Source: the human T2T-CHM13v2.0 reference genome, Homo sapiens. From it: DNA of 64,000 bases. Position numbers and translations under genes: made by a program. Positions 47,605 to 63,699 of this stretch are shown here, piece by piece (positions within the stretch are counted from its first letter, which is position 1; each line of letters begins with the position of its first letter). The stretch lies in the NCBI RefSeq assembly GCF_009914755.1, contig NC_060927.1. One strand, written 5' to 3'. The notes under the pieces were generated by a model that saw only the letters and a program-made list of their open reading frames with translations, ran no database searches and was not told the origin of the DNA.

Positions 47605-47781
47605 ATATCCAAAACATTAAATACCAAAAAAATTAAAAGATATGCCAGATATTTCTACTGAGACTACAAAACACTGCCAAAAATATTTTAAAGAAAATCT
47701 AAATAAATACAAAGATATACATGTTAATGTATCAGAAGATTCAATATTTATAGCTACAATTTTCCTCAAATTGATCTGTAA

Positions 47782-48080
<299 letters not shown>

Positions 48081-48847
48081 TTGATTTATAAAATCTTAAT
48101 AGATAATTTTACTTATCATTCTAATATTTTACTTCAAAGGACAAAGTTCTGAAATCAGACTTAGAAGATGACATTACTCAGACTACTTTTAGATAACAGT
48201 GGACTGAGAGTCACAAGAATTCTTTTCCAGTCATGAAGCAATCTACTGACTCAAGATGCAGTGGAATAAAAATTAATTTTATAGAAATGAATACATTAAA
48301 GAGAGAAATTTAAATGTAATATTTGAAATATTTTGGTAATATTTATAATGTTTTATTTTTATGGTTATATGAGAAAAAAATTTCTTCTCTTTAAGATATA
48401 TCTAACCCAAAATAGATTTTTTGTAAACAAAAATGAAAACTTTTAAAGGAACTTTGATTCTCATTGACCCCTGAAAATGCAGACACCTTTACATACTCTC
48501 CTTATTATTCACAGAAACATTCATTACTTACATAGATTCAATAAGTGTCTGATTTTGCATTACTCACTTTTATTACAAATGGTAAACCCCATATTAAGGA
48601 GGAATAATTCCAAATTCGTATGTGAAGTCAATACCTACGAAGCCTTTTCAAGAATATTGGCCTGGTACTTGTGTTCATAAGGTCTCAATCTACCAGATGG
48701 TAAAAAGGTTACTCAGCAGACCAGGAACTACAACAAAATTTGGGAATTGCTAGGAAAAGGAATTCATCCAATTTATAAATACTGGAGATAAAATCTGGTA
48801 GAGAGAGTTTTGGGGCTTTGCTTCCTAGTTTCAAGATAGAAATGCAC

Positions 48848-49200
48848 TGTCTTAGTTCATTCAAATTGCTATAATAACACACCATAAATCAGGTAGCTTA
48901 TAAATAACAGAAATTTATTTCTCACAGTTCTGGAGGCTGAGAGGTCCAAAATCAAGGTGCTAGAAGATTTGTTGTCTGGTGAGGACATGATTCTTGGCTC
49001 ATAGATGGTCATCTTGCTGTGTCACTACATGGCAGAAGGGAAAACTCTGGTCTCTTTAGGCCCTTATAAGGGCACTAATCCCATTCATGAGGACTAAATC
49101 ATGACACAGTCACCTCCCAAAGGCCTCACCTAATACCATTATTTGTGGAGTTAGGATTTCAAGGTATAATTTTTTGGGTGGAAGATATTCAGTTCACAGC
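48848..49200 (-). mobile_element. MLT1A0-like solo LTR
   Basis: tgtcttagttcattc...aacagaaatttatttctcacagttctggaggctg...cccttataagggcactaatcccattcatgagg...attcagttcacagc. Confidence 0.88.
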
Positions 49201-49427
49201 TAGCAGTTAATAAAGGATTTAAAAATTCCAATCCAAGAAGCCCTATAAATATTTCGGGATGAAATAAATCCCTTAGACTTAGTGATTACTGTATATTACA
49301 CAACTCTAGATTTATGGAAAAAATCAATGAGACACATATAATTAACACCATGGGTTTTCCTAAATAAGTAATCTGGCCAAATCTGTTGGGACTTGACTTT
49401 TTTGTGTGTGGTCAAGAATAAGCTTTA

Positions 49428-49531
49428 GTGACCACTTTGGCAGCACATATACTAAAATTAAAATGATAGGTGATTTGCATAGCTCCTGTGAGTGGATAAC
49501 ATGCAAATTTGTAAAGCATTCCATATTTTTT
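49428..49531 (+). pseudogene. U6 snRNA retropseudogene (5' part of a U6/L1 chimera)
   Basis: gtgaccactttggcagcacatatactaaaatt...atgcaaatttgtaaagcattccatatttttt aligns end to end with U6; the ACAGAGA box is destroyed and no upstream PSE/TATA is evident. Confidence 0.92.
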
Positions 49532-52500
49532 ATTACCACTAGACCAACCCTATAAGAAATGCCTAAGTCTGGCCAGGCATGGTGGCTGATGCCAGTAATC
49601 CCAGCACTTTGTGAGGCTGAGGCAGGCGGATCACAAGGTCAGGAGATATAGAGACTATCCTGGCTAACACGGTGAAACCCCGTCTCTACTAAAAATACAA
49701 AAAAATTAGCCGGGTGTGGTGGCGGGTGCCTGTAGTCCCAGCTACTCGGGAGGCTGAGGCAGGCAGGAGAATGGCATGAACCTTGGAGGCGGAGCTTGCA
49801 GTGAGTGAGCCGAGATCGCGCCACTGCACTCCAGACCTCTGTCTTAAAAAAAAAAAAAAAAAAAAAAAGAAATGTTTGAGTCCTATACCTGAAAGCAAAA
49901 AAGAATATCTACTATCATGAAAACACACAAAACACACTTGAAGAAGATGGCAGATAGGAGGCAGGGCTAATAATGTGCATATCCCATTTGGCAAAAACAT
50001 GAAAAGAGAAAAGAAGGTCATTATTTAATGGCAAAGGTATCAATTCAGCAAAAGGATAGAACAATTATAAAGATACATATTCACCCAACACAAGACCATC
50101 CAGATATATAAAGTAAATATTCTTAGAGCTAAAGAGAGAGATGGATCCTACTAAAACAACAGTTGAGAACTTCAACATCTAGACAAAAATATCAGTGAAG
50201 AAACATTGGATTTAAACTGTACTTTAGACCAAATGGATCTGAAAGACATTTATAGAAAATTTCATCCAGCAGCTGCAGAATACACATTTTTCTCATCAGC
50301 ACATGGAACATTCTCCAAGATAGACCATATGTTAGGTTACAAAGCAAGTCTCAACAAATTTTTAACAACTGAAAGCATATCAAGTCTTTTCAAATCACGA
50401 TAGAATAAAACTAGAAATCAACAACAAGAGGAACTTTGGAAACTGTACAGATACATGAAAATTATACAATATGCTCCTGAACAACCATTGGGTCAATAAA
50501 GAAATTAAGAATAAATTGTTAAAACTTCTTGACACAAATGAAAATGTAAACACAATATACCAAAACTTATGGGTTATAACAATAGTAGTACAAGGAGGGA
50601 AGTTTATAGCAATAAATGCATACATTAGAAAGTAGAAAGATTTCAAACAAACAACCTAAAAATTCACCTCAAGGAACTAGACAAGCAAGAACAAACCAAG
50701 CTGAAAGTAGAAGGAAGAAAACAATAAAGATCAGAGCAGAAGTAAATGAAATAGAGACAAAAAAATACAATACAAATGATTAACAAAATGAAAAGTTGTA
50801 TTTTGAAAAGATAGACAAAATCGATAGACCACTAGCTAGATTAACCAAGAAAAAAGAGAGAGAATCCAAATAAGTGAAATAAAAAAGGAGACATTACAAC
50901 TGATACTATGGAAATTTAAAGCATCATTAAAAACTATTACAAACAACTACAAGCTAAATATTGAAAAACCTGGAAGGGATGGATACATTTCTGGACATAT
51001 ACAACTTCCCAATATTGAACCAGAAAGAAATAGAAAATCGGAACAAATTAGTAATGAGTAACAAGATTGAATCTGTAATAGAAAGTCTCCCAACAAAGAA
51101 AAGCTCAGGATTAGATGGCTTTACCACTGAATTCTACCAAACTTTTAAAGGACACCAATTCTCATACTATTCCAAAAAATTGAAGAGAAGAGAATTCTTC
51201 CTAACTCATTCTACAAGCCAGCATTGCCATAATACCACAACCAGACATGAACAAAACAGAAAAGAGGAAATTACAGATCAATATCCCCAATGTATATAGA
51301 TGCAAATATCCTCACCAAAATACTAGCAAATCAAATTAACAGTATATTAAAAGAATTATACATAATGATCAAGTGGAATTTATCTCAGGTATGCAAGAAC
51401 GGTTCAGCATATGTAAATTGATAAACGTGATACATCACTTCAACAGAATCATGGACAAAATCCATATGATGAGCTCAATAGATGCAGAAAAGGAATGTGA
51501 CAAAATTCAACATCTCCTCATAATAAAAACTCTCAACAAATTAGGCATGGAAGGAACATATGTCTACATAATAAGAGCCATATAAGACAAGTAAATAGCT
51601 AACACTTGATGGTGAAAAGCTGAAAGCCTTTCCTCTGAGAATTTGAACAAGGCAAAGATGCCCACTTTACCACTCTTACTCAATATATTCCAATACTGGC
51701 AGCCTGAACAATTAGGCAAGATAAAGAAATAAAAGTCATCCAAATTGAAAAAAGAGGAAGTTAAATTGTCCCTCTTTGCAGACAATATGATCTTATATGT
51801 AGAAAAGCCTAGAGACTTTTGCCAAAACCCTCTCAGAACTGATAAACAAATTCAGTGAAGTTGCAGAATACAAAATCAACATGTAAAAATCAGTAGAATT
51901 TTTATACACCAATAAGTAAGTGAAAAATAAATTAAGAAAGCAATCACATTTACAATATCTACCCAAAATACCTAAAAATAAATTTCACCAACAGATGAAA
52001 GACCACTATAATGAAAACTACAAAACACTGATGAAAAAAAAAATGAGGACACAAACAAATGGAAAGACATCCTATGCTCATGGATTGGAAGAATTAATAT
52101 TGTTAAAATGACCATACTGTCTAAAGCAATGTTCAGATTCAGTGCAATCTGTATCAAAATATCAATGACATTCTTCATGATAATAGAAAGAACAATCCTA
52201 AAATTTCTGTGGAACCTCAAAGGACTCTGAATAGTGAAAGCAATACTGAGCAAGAGAAAAAAGCTGAACCAGAATAGCATGGTCTTGGTATTAAAATGGG
52301 CACACAGAACAATGGAACAGAATAAAGAACCCAGAAATAAATCCACGTGTTTACAGCCAACTGATTTTTGACAAAGAAGCCAAGAACACACACTGGGGAA
52401 AGGACATTTTCTTTAATAAATGGTACTGGGAAAACTGGATATCCATATGCAGAAGAATAAAACTAGATCCCTATCTTTCAATATGTACAAAAATCAACTA

Positions 52501-53890
52501 AAAATAGATAAAACACTTAAACACAAAACTATGAAACTACTAGAAAAAAAAAACAGAAGAAACACTTCAATACATTAGTCCAGGCAAAGATTTTATGCCT
52601 AAGAGTTTAAAATTACAGACAACAAAAACAAAAATAGTTAAATAGGACTGTACTAAATTGAAAATCTTCTGTACAACAAAGGAAACAATCAATAAAGTGA
52701 AAAGACAATCTATATAATGGGAATAAATATTTGCAAATTATTCATCTGACAAGGGACTAATATCCAGAATATACAAGGAACCCAAACAACTCAATAGCAA
52801 AAAAATAAAAATAAAAAGTCACTTTAAAAAGTGGGCAAAGGAACCGAATAGACATTTCCCGAAAGAAAACATACAAATAACCAACAAACATAAAAAAAAT
52901 GCTCAACATCATTTTCAGGGAAATGCAAATCAATAGTTTTCTTGTTTTCACATATAAGTGAGATATGTGGTATTTATCTCTCTGTGCCTAACATACTTTG
53001 CTTAACATTGTGTCTTTCAGGCTCAATATCATCTCACCCCAGTTAGAATAGCTATTAACAAAAAGACAGAAAATAACAAATGCCAGTGAGAATGTATAGA
53101 AAATGGAACTCATACACCGTTGGTGGAAATGTAAATTTATACAGCATTATGGAAAAGAGTATGGTAGTTTCTCAAAAAAGTGAAAATGGAACTACCATAT
53201 GATCCAGCAGTTCCACTTCTGGATATTTATTCAAAGGAAAATAAATCAGTATCTCAAAGGGATACCTGCAACCCCACGTTTATTGCAGTACTTAATATTC
53301 ATAATAGCTAAGATATGGAATCAACCTAAATATTCATTGATGGATGAATGGATAAACAATGTGTGGCATATATACACAATGGAATACTGTTCAGCCATAA
53401 AAAAGAATAAAATCCTGTCAAGTGTGGCAACATGGGTAAGCCTGATGAACATTATGTTAAGCAAAGTATGCCAGGCACAGAGAGATAAATACCACATGTT
53501 CTCACTCATATGTGAAAACAAGAAAACTGTTTTGAGCCCATGGAAGTATAGAGTACAACTGAGTATTAGAGGCTGGGAAGGGTAAGGAGGAGGAGAGAAT
53601 GGGGAGAGGTTGTTTAAAAGATATAAAATTACAGCTAGATTTTAAAAAAATGAGTTCTGGTGCTCTGGAGCACTGTACAGTAAATACGGCTAATAATAAT
53701 GTATTACATATTTTCAAAAAGCTACATTGAGAGGATTTTGAACGTTCACAACACCAAGAAATAGTAAATGTTTGAGGTGTTGAATATGCTAACTACCCTC
53801 TTTGATAATTACACAATGTATCAAAATACCACTCAATCCCACAAATAGGTACAATTATTATATGTCAACTAAAAATAAAAGGTAAAAAGT
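49532..53890 (+). mobile_element. 5'-truncated L1MA3-like element: end of ORF1, decayed ORF2, 3'UTR
   Basis: Begins attaccactagaccaaccctataagaaatg (ORF1 end); ORF2 fragments at 50206, 50961, 51373 and 53199; 3' end tatgtcaactaaaaataaaagg. Confidence 0.9.
49571..49866 (+). mobile_element. AluY with small indels
   Basis: AluY diagnostics; 4-bp duplications (ggcaggcagg, gtgagtgagc) and a short deletion before the tail; degenerate TSD aagaaatgcctaagtc/aagaaatgtttgagtc. Confidence 0.95.
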
Positions 53891-54226
53891 AATAATCTTT
53901 AGAGATTATTTATGGTCACAGGGGATCAGAGAGGGAAGTACTGCTGGAAAGAAAATGTCCAAGACTTGAAAATAGGCCAAAGAGTGTGCTAGGGATTGTT
54001 TTAACGGAGTACTAGGCATTGCCCAGTAGATCCCCTAAAATTTTCTGACTCTACAGGGGCATGAAACCCTTATCTTTCTATTGACTGGGTAATTTTGTAA
54101 CTCCATAGAGGTAGTGATTAACCTGTAGAAAACTGAAAGCCTTTAAAATAATTTTTAGCAATAAAATGATCTCTGTTCATAACAATGAAAACGAATTTTG
54201 TTCAGTAGAGAATATAAACCTCTACA

Positions 54227-54535
54227 CAATTGGTCCTCTGTATTTGCAGGTTCCACATCAGTGGATTCAACTAACTACAAATAGAAAATATTTTTAAAAT
54301 AAAAAATAACACAACCATAAAATAATACATATTTTATTTAAAAAATATAGTATAACAACTATTTATATAGCATCTACACTGTTTTGTGTATTATAAGTAA
54401 TGTAAATATGATTTAAAGTATATGGAAGGATGCATGCAGGTTATACACAAATACTACACCATTTTATGCAATAGACTTGAGCATCCATGGATTCTGGAAT
54501 CCACAAGGAGGGCTGAAACCAATCCCCTGCAGAAT
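54227..54535. mobile_element. MER2 (Tigger-derived) DNA transposon
   Basis: caattggtcctctgtatttgcaggttccacatcagtggattcaactaac...gacttgagcatccatggattctgg...aaccaatcccctgcaga. Confidence 0.85.
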
Positions 54536-54581
54536 GACTAATTCAAAATTTCATATGAACCAGTTAAAAATTCTTACCAGT

Positions 54582-54900
<319 letters not shown>

Positions 54901-54939
54901 TTAAATAAAATACTTGAAATATTATTTTAAAACACGTTA

Positions 54940-56150
54940 AAATATATAAGCAAACCAAGGATTGGAAGAAAATACTTGTAATAAGTAGCTGACAAAGGAC
55001 TCATATCTAGAATATATAGAACACTTCCAAAAATCAATATGAAAAATACCAACCAAATGGAAAATTAAAAAGAAATTAACTTGAAAGACTTTTTACAAAA
55101 GATATAGGAAAGGCAAATAAGCACATTAAAAATGGTAATCCTCATTAGTCATCAAGGAATTGCTATACAAAACATTTTTTAAAAGAGTGTCAACAAGGCA
55201 GGGTACCGTGACTCATGCCTGTAATCCCAGAGCTTTAGGAGGCCGAGGCGGGCAGATCATGAGGTCAGGAGATCGAGACCATCCTGGCTAACACGGTGAA
55301 ACCCCGTCTCTACTAAAAATATAAAAAATTAGCCAGGCGTGGTGGTGGGCACCTGTAGTCCCAGCTACTCGGGAGGCTGAGGCAGGAGATGGCGTGAACC
55401 CAGAAGGCGGAGCTTGCAGTGAGCCAATATTGCGCCACTGTACTCCAGTCTGGGCAACAGAGCGAGACTGTGTCTCAAAAAAAAAAAAAAAAAGAAAAGA
55501 GTGACAACAACAAATATTCGCAAGGATGTAGAATAAATAAAACTCTCAAAATTTGTGAGTGGGAGTAAAAAAATGGTACAATCACTTTGGAAAACTGTCC
55601 ACTTTTTATAAATTTAAACATATAGTTTGCCCATGCTTTAGCAATTCCTAGGCATGTATCCAAGAAAATTAAAAGCATATGCTCATGAAATGACTTGTAC
55701 ATAAATTTACATAGCAGCTTTATTCATAGTAGCCAAAACTGCAAAGAACCCAAATGCCTATCTAGAGGATAGTGGAAAAACAAATTATGTTTATATCATA
55801 TTCATACTGCTCAGCAATTTAACAGCAACAACAAAAAACCCTACTGAGACTCTCAACAACATGAATGAATCCCTCAGACATTATTTTAAGTAAAAAAGAA
55901 AAAAAAAAACAGGGACAAAAGAGTATTCACTATTTTATTCCATTTATATAATGTTCAAGGACAGAAAAAATCCACAGTCATAGAAATCATAATAGTGGTT
56001 TTCTATGGATGGAGGGTGAGGATTGGCTGAAAAGCAAGTAAAAACTTTCTGAGAAAATAGAACTATTTTATATTATGATTGGGAGCTAGGATATAGATTA
56101 CATGAATGTATACATCATCAAAATTTGTCAAATTTATGCTCTATCCTTAC
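54940..56150 (+). mobile_element. Old L1M (L1MC/ME-like) 3' end, split by AluY
   Basis: ctgacaaaggactcatatctagaatatata, tggtacaatcactttggaaaac, catagcagctttattcatagtagccaaaac. Confidence 0.75.
55197..55494 (+). mobile_element. AluY
   Basis: AluY diagnostics; TSD aaaagagtgtcaacaa/aaaagagtgacaacaa. Confidence 0.96.
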
Positions 56151-57120
56151 ATCAATACAACACTGCCTTGATTACTGTAGTTGTGTGTTAAATACTGATA
56201 TCAGGCAATATAAGCCCTCCAACTATTTGTTTCTCTTTCAAGATCATATTAACTATGCTATGTCCTTTGTATCATCATGCAAGCTTTTTAAAAAAAAATG
56301 TTGTCAGAATTTTGATCAATATTGCTTTAAATTTTAAAGATCAATTTAAGGAAAATTGACATTTTATCACTATTAAGTCTCCTGTTCCATGAATATTGTA
56401 TATTCTATTTATCTAAATGAACTCCATTTATTTAGATCTTTAAAATTTTTTGTTTAAATGTTTTGTAGTTTTCTGGGGAAAGTTCTGGCATATATTCTTT
56501 TCTGGGGAAAGGTCTGGCATATATTCTTTTGTATTTATTTTTAGATATTTGATATTTTATGCTATTTTGAATGTTACAAGTATAAAGAAATGTAATTAAT
56601 TTTTATATTTTCCATTTACTCAACAAAAGTGCTAAATTCACTTATTAATTATGCATTCTCAGTGATCGTTTTTTGGATTCTCTATATATCTAAACCATAT
56701 TGTTTGCAGATAATGTTTTACATTTTCATTTTCAATATATATGTTTGTCTTCGTTTTGCACTATTTTACTAATTAGAACCACAGTATAATGTTGAAAAGA
56801 AGATACAATATTCTTGTCTCACTTCAGACTTTAAGAAGTAAAGCATTCAATATTTTACTATTAAGTATTCCATTACCTTTAGATGTTTTGCAGATATTTT
56901 CAGATTGAGAAATTTTCCTTAACTTCTAGCTTACTGAAACTTTTCATAAAAGTGTTTTTCATCTTATCAAATTTTTTTACTTACTAATGAGAAAAACAAG
57001 GCTTTTATCTTTATTTGAGTTTCAAATGTTAAACCAATATTGCTTCCTTGAATAAACCATATTTGTACTGATATGTTAGCATTTTTATATATTGCTAAAT
57101 TCAATTTTCTGATATTATAT
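56150..57120 (-). mobile_element. Old L1M ORF2 remnant
   Basis: cactgccttgattactgtag, gaaaattgacattttatcactattaagtctcctgttccatgaat, aagcattcaatattttactattaagtat. Confidence 0.7.
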
Positions 57121-57169
57121 TTCTTGTGGTAAAAAATACATATCATATGAGCTCTACCTTCTTCACAAA

Positions 57170-57490
<321 letters not shown>

Positions 57491-58237
57491 TAAATTTTTA
57501 AGTGTACAATACAATATTGTCAACTCTAAATACAGTGTTGTAAAGCAGATTTCTAGACATTTTGCATCTTGCATGACTGGAACTTTATATCCATTAAACA
57601 GCAACTTGCAATTTCCTTCATTCAAAACCCTGGCAACCACCATTTCTGTTTATATTATTTTGACTACTTTAAATGCTTCATATAAGTGGAGTCATGGAGT
57701 ATCTGTCCTTCTATGACTGACTCATTTCACTTAATATAGTGCCTCCATGGTTCATTCATGTTGTAACATATGGCAGAATTTCCCTGTTTTTATGGCTGAA
57801 TAATATTTCATTGTATGTATAGATCATATTTTATTTTTCCATTCACCTATTGATGTTGGCTATTGTAAACAATCCTGTAATAAACACTGGAGTATAGATA
57901 TTTCTTTAAGATCCTGATTCCAATTGCTTTAGATGAATACTTATAAGTGGGATTGCTCAATTATATGATAACACTATTTTTAATTGTTTTGGGGACCTCC
58001 ATACTGTTTCTTTAGTGATTGCAAGATTTTACATTACCACCAACAGTGCACAAGGATTCCAACTCTCCACTTTCTTACCAACACCTATTTTCAATTTTTC
58101 TTGTAATGTTTATTCTAACTGGTATAAGTGATGTCTAAATGTGTTTTTGATTTATGTTTCCCTGATGATTAATGGTGTTGAACATGTTTTCATATACTTC
58201 TTGGCCACTTATGTGTCAAAGATCTTGACCTACTTTA

Positions 58238-58247
58238 GTGTGTGTAT

Positions 58248-58283
<36 letters not shown>
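58238..58283. repeat. (TG)n microsatellite
   Basis: Read directly. Confidence 0.95.
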
Positions 58284-58286
<3 letters not shown>

Positions 58287-60344
58287 GCAGAAGGGAGGTT
58301 CTTTTACTATTGAGTTGTAGGAATTCCTTATATATGTTGGATTTTAATCCCTTATCAGATATAACAGATTCCTCATTCTGTTCATGGTTTTGCAAATATT
58401 TTCTACCATTCCATAGGTTGACTTTTCAATCTGATTATTTTTTCCTTTTCTGTGCACTAGCTTTGATGTAGCTTGACATACTCTCACTTGCCCACTTTTG
58501 TTTTGTTGCCTAAGTTTTTTGTGTCAGATCTAAGAAATAATTGCCAAGACTAATGTTACTAAGTTTTTCCCGATGTTTTCTTCTAGAAATTTTATAGTTT
58601 TAGGTTTCAAATGTAAGTCTTTAATCCATTTTGAGTTGATTTTTGTGTATGGTGCAAGATAAGGGTAATTTCATTCTTTTACATGTGCATATCCAGTTTT
58701 CTTAGTATCATTTTGCAATACTATCTTTTCTCTATGGCACCCTTGCAGAAGATTCTTTGACCACATATACAGGGGTTTATTTATGGGTTTATTTCTGGGC
58801 TCTTTATTTAGTTGCATTGGTCTATAGGTCTGAATTTATTCCAGTACCATACCATATCGATTACTGTAGCTTTATAATGTGTTTTAAAATTAGAATATGT
58901 GAGGTCAACAGCTTCAGCTTTTTCATCAAGACTGTTTTATTTATTTAAGGTCCTTTGTGGTTCCACATAAATTTTAGGATTATTTTTTACGTTTTTGAAA
59001 AAAATGCTAGTGAAACTTTGGTAGGGATTTTATTAATCTATAGACCATTTTGGGTAGTATGGAGATTTGGGCAATATTAGTTCTTCCAATCCATGAACAT
59101 GGATGTCTTTTCATTTATTTGCATTCTCTAATTTCTTTCAGCACCGTTTTGTAGATTTCAGTGTACAAATTTTTCATCTCCTTCATAAAATTTATTTTTA
59201 AGTATTTTATTATTTTTGATGCTATTGGAAATGTGATTGCTTTATTGATTTCCTTTTTAGATTGTTTTTTGTCAAAGTATAGAGGCACAACTGATTTTTG
59301 TATGTTTATTTTGGATCCTGAAACTTTGCTGAATTTATTTATTAGTATTAACAGGCTTTTTGTGGAATCTTTGGAATTTTCTATGTATATGATGATGTTA
59401 TCTACAAACAGAGATAATATTACTTCTTCCATTCTAATTTGAAAGCTTTTTATGTTTTTTATGTTTTCTTGCCTAGTTGCTCTGGCTAGTACTTCTAGAA
59501 CTATGTTGAATAAAAGTGGTAAAAGGGCATTTTTGTCTTCTTCATGATCTTAGAAAAAAAGCTTTCCATTTTCTTACTATTCAGCATGATGTTAGCTGTG
59601 GACATTTCACACATGACTCATCTTATGTTGAGTTAATTTTCTTCTATTCCTATTTTTTTGAGTATTTTCATCATGAAAGGATGTCAAATTTTGTCAAATG
59701 CTCTTTCTGCATCTATTGAGATCATCATGTGATTTTCGTCCTTCATTCTGTTAATGTGGTACATCACACTAATTGATTTTCATATGTTGAAACATCTTTG
59801 CATCCCAGGGATAAATCCCACTTGGTTGTAAAGTACAATTATCTTAATGTGCTGTTAAATTTTGTTTTCTAGTGTTTTGGTGAGGATATTTCCATCTATA
59901 TTCATCAGTAATATTGTCCTGAAGTTTTATTTTCTTGTAGTATCTTTTCTGACTTGGTTATCAGGCCAAAGCTAGACTCATAAAATAGGTTTGAAAGTGT
60001 TCTCTCCACTTCAATTTTTTTTGAAAAGTTGGCATTAATTATTTTTTAAACGTTTGATATTCTCTGGGGAAGCCAACTGATCTTGGGCTTTTCTTTGCTG
60101 GGAGATTTTTGATTACCAGTACAATCTCCTTACTAGTTATACTTCTAGTGAGATTTTTCTGTTTCTTCATGATTCAGTCTTGATAGATTTTATGTTTCTA
60201 GGAATTGATCTATTTCTCCTAAATTATTCAAATTGTTGGCAAAAAATTTTTCATAAAAGTATCTTTTCATCTTCTTAAACTCTGTGATATTTATTGTAAT
60301 GTCTCCTGTTTCATCTATGATTTTGTTTGAGTCTTGGCCGTGAG

Positions 60345-62020
<1,676 letters not shown>

Positions 62021-62507
62021 ACTTTTCCTCTCTTGCTGTCTTCCTTTATGTTTCATTGATCTTTATGTAGTGACATAATTTGATTACTTTCTCACTTATT
62101 TTTGTGTATCCTCTGCTGGTATTTTCTTTGTGGTAACCATGAGGCTTCCATAAAACATCTTATTGTTATAACATATTCTAAACAAACATCCACTCATATT
62201 TTGTTTTTACATATTCAAGAGTGAGGGTAAAATAGAGGCATTTTAAAACAATCAGAGCATGACAGAATTTATCAGTCATACTCTCAGTAAGTGAATCACT
62301 GAATTTTTAACAGGAGATAATTGAATGAAAAAAGAAAATAGGTTGAAAGATACCCCTGTGTATAAATAAACTGCCAAACTTTTGGAGCAATCTGAACAAA
62401 CACTGATGCTAAGAAAATAAAAAATTGTGGGATATAAAAGCTAGATAAAAATAAAATACCAAAAATAGTACCATGTAAAATGAGAGGGAGTAATAGGAAT
62501 TAAAGCC

Positions 62508-62808
<301 letters not shown>

Positions 62809-63699
62809 GAATTAAAGCTTTTTAATCTGTGTGTATTGCTCTGGAAAGGACAGAATTATTGATTAAATTAGCCTGCCAATTTAGGTATGCATGTCTTTAT
62901 AATGACTGAAGTCTATTTCTCAGGTCATAACCCCAAAAGACACTATTTCTGTTCATTTCCCTTTCCCTACCCTCAGTTCAGGAGTTTAAAAAAGCAGTAA
63001 GATACCAACTACTCTTGTATATCTTTTGTAACAGATAGATTTTGCTGGTAATCTATACCAGCAAACCTGTTTCATGATTATCTTCCTCTTCAGAGAGCTA
63101 TGAGCACTTCACTTATCTTTCTACCAGAAGTTAAATGTTTCCTCTTCATCCATTCTCACCTCTTCTTTTTAAGCTTGATTCAGGATTCAATCTCATTATT
63201 TCAAACCAAGGTAGTAAAATATAATCACTTATGTGTATCTGAATTACCTGGAGAAAACTTGTCAAAATATATAAGCTGGATTCCACATTCACATTCCCGG
63301 ATGCACACATGCAAGAGAACTGAGATGAATACTTACAGGAATGTTTCTAAAAGTTTTTCTCCATCCAACTTATTTTGATGCACAGCCCATAATCATCAAG
63401 TTAAATCTACTTACATATTCTAGGATACCATGAGGCAAGACATAATTTATAACAAGTCTCTATAATTCACTGAGTCTACCCTAAATCATAGTATCCTACA
63501 GTAAAATTCCAATAGATCTTATGTTTAATCTGTAACTTGGTACCTTGCAAAATTCCTTTTTTTCTCATTTCATAGCAATATATGCTTATTATGGGATAAG
63601 AAAAATTTCAAAGAAAATTGGTCTTAATTCTATTTTTTTCATTTTTATTCTAATTTTTCCATTTTTATTCTAATGTGTATGTGTGTATGCACATATACA

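Noticed and set aside
49428-49531. Functional U6 snRNA gene
   Set aside because: The ACAGAGA box is lost, there are many substitutions, no external Pol III promoter is evident, and it is fused to L1.
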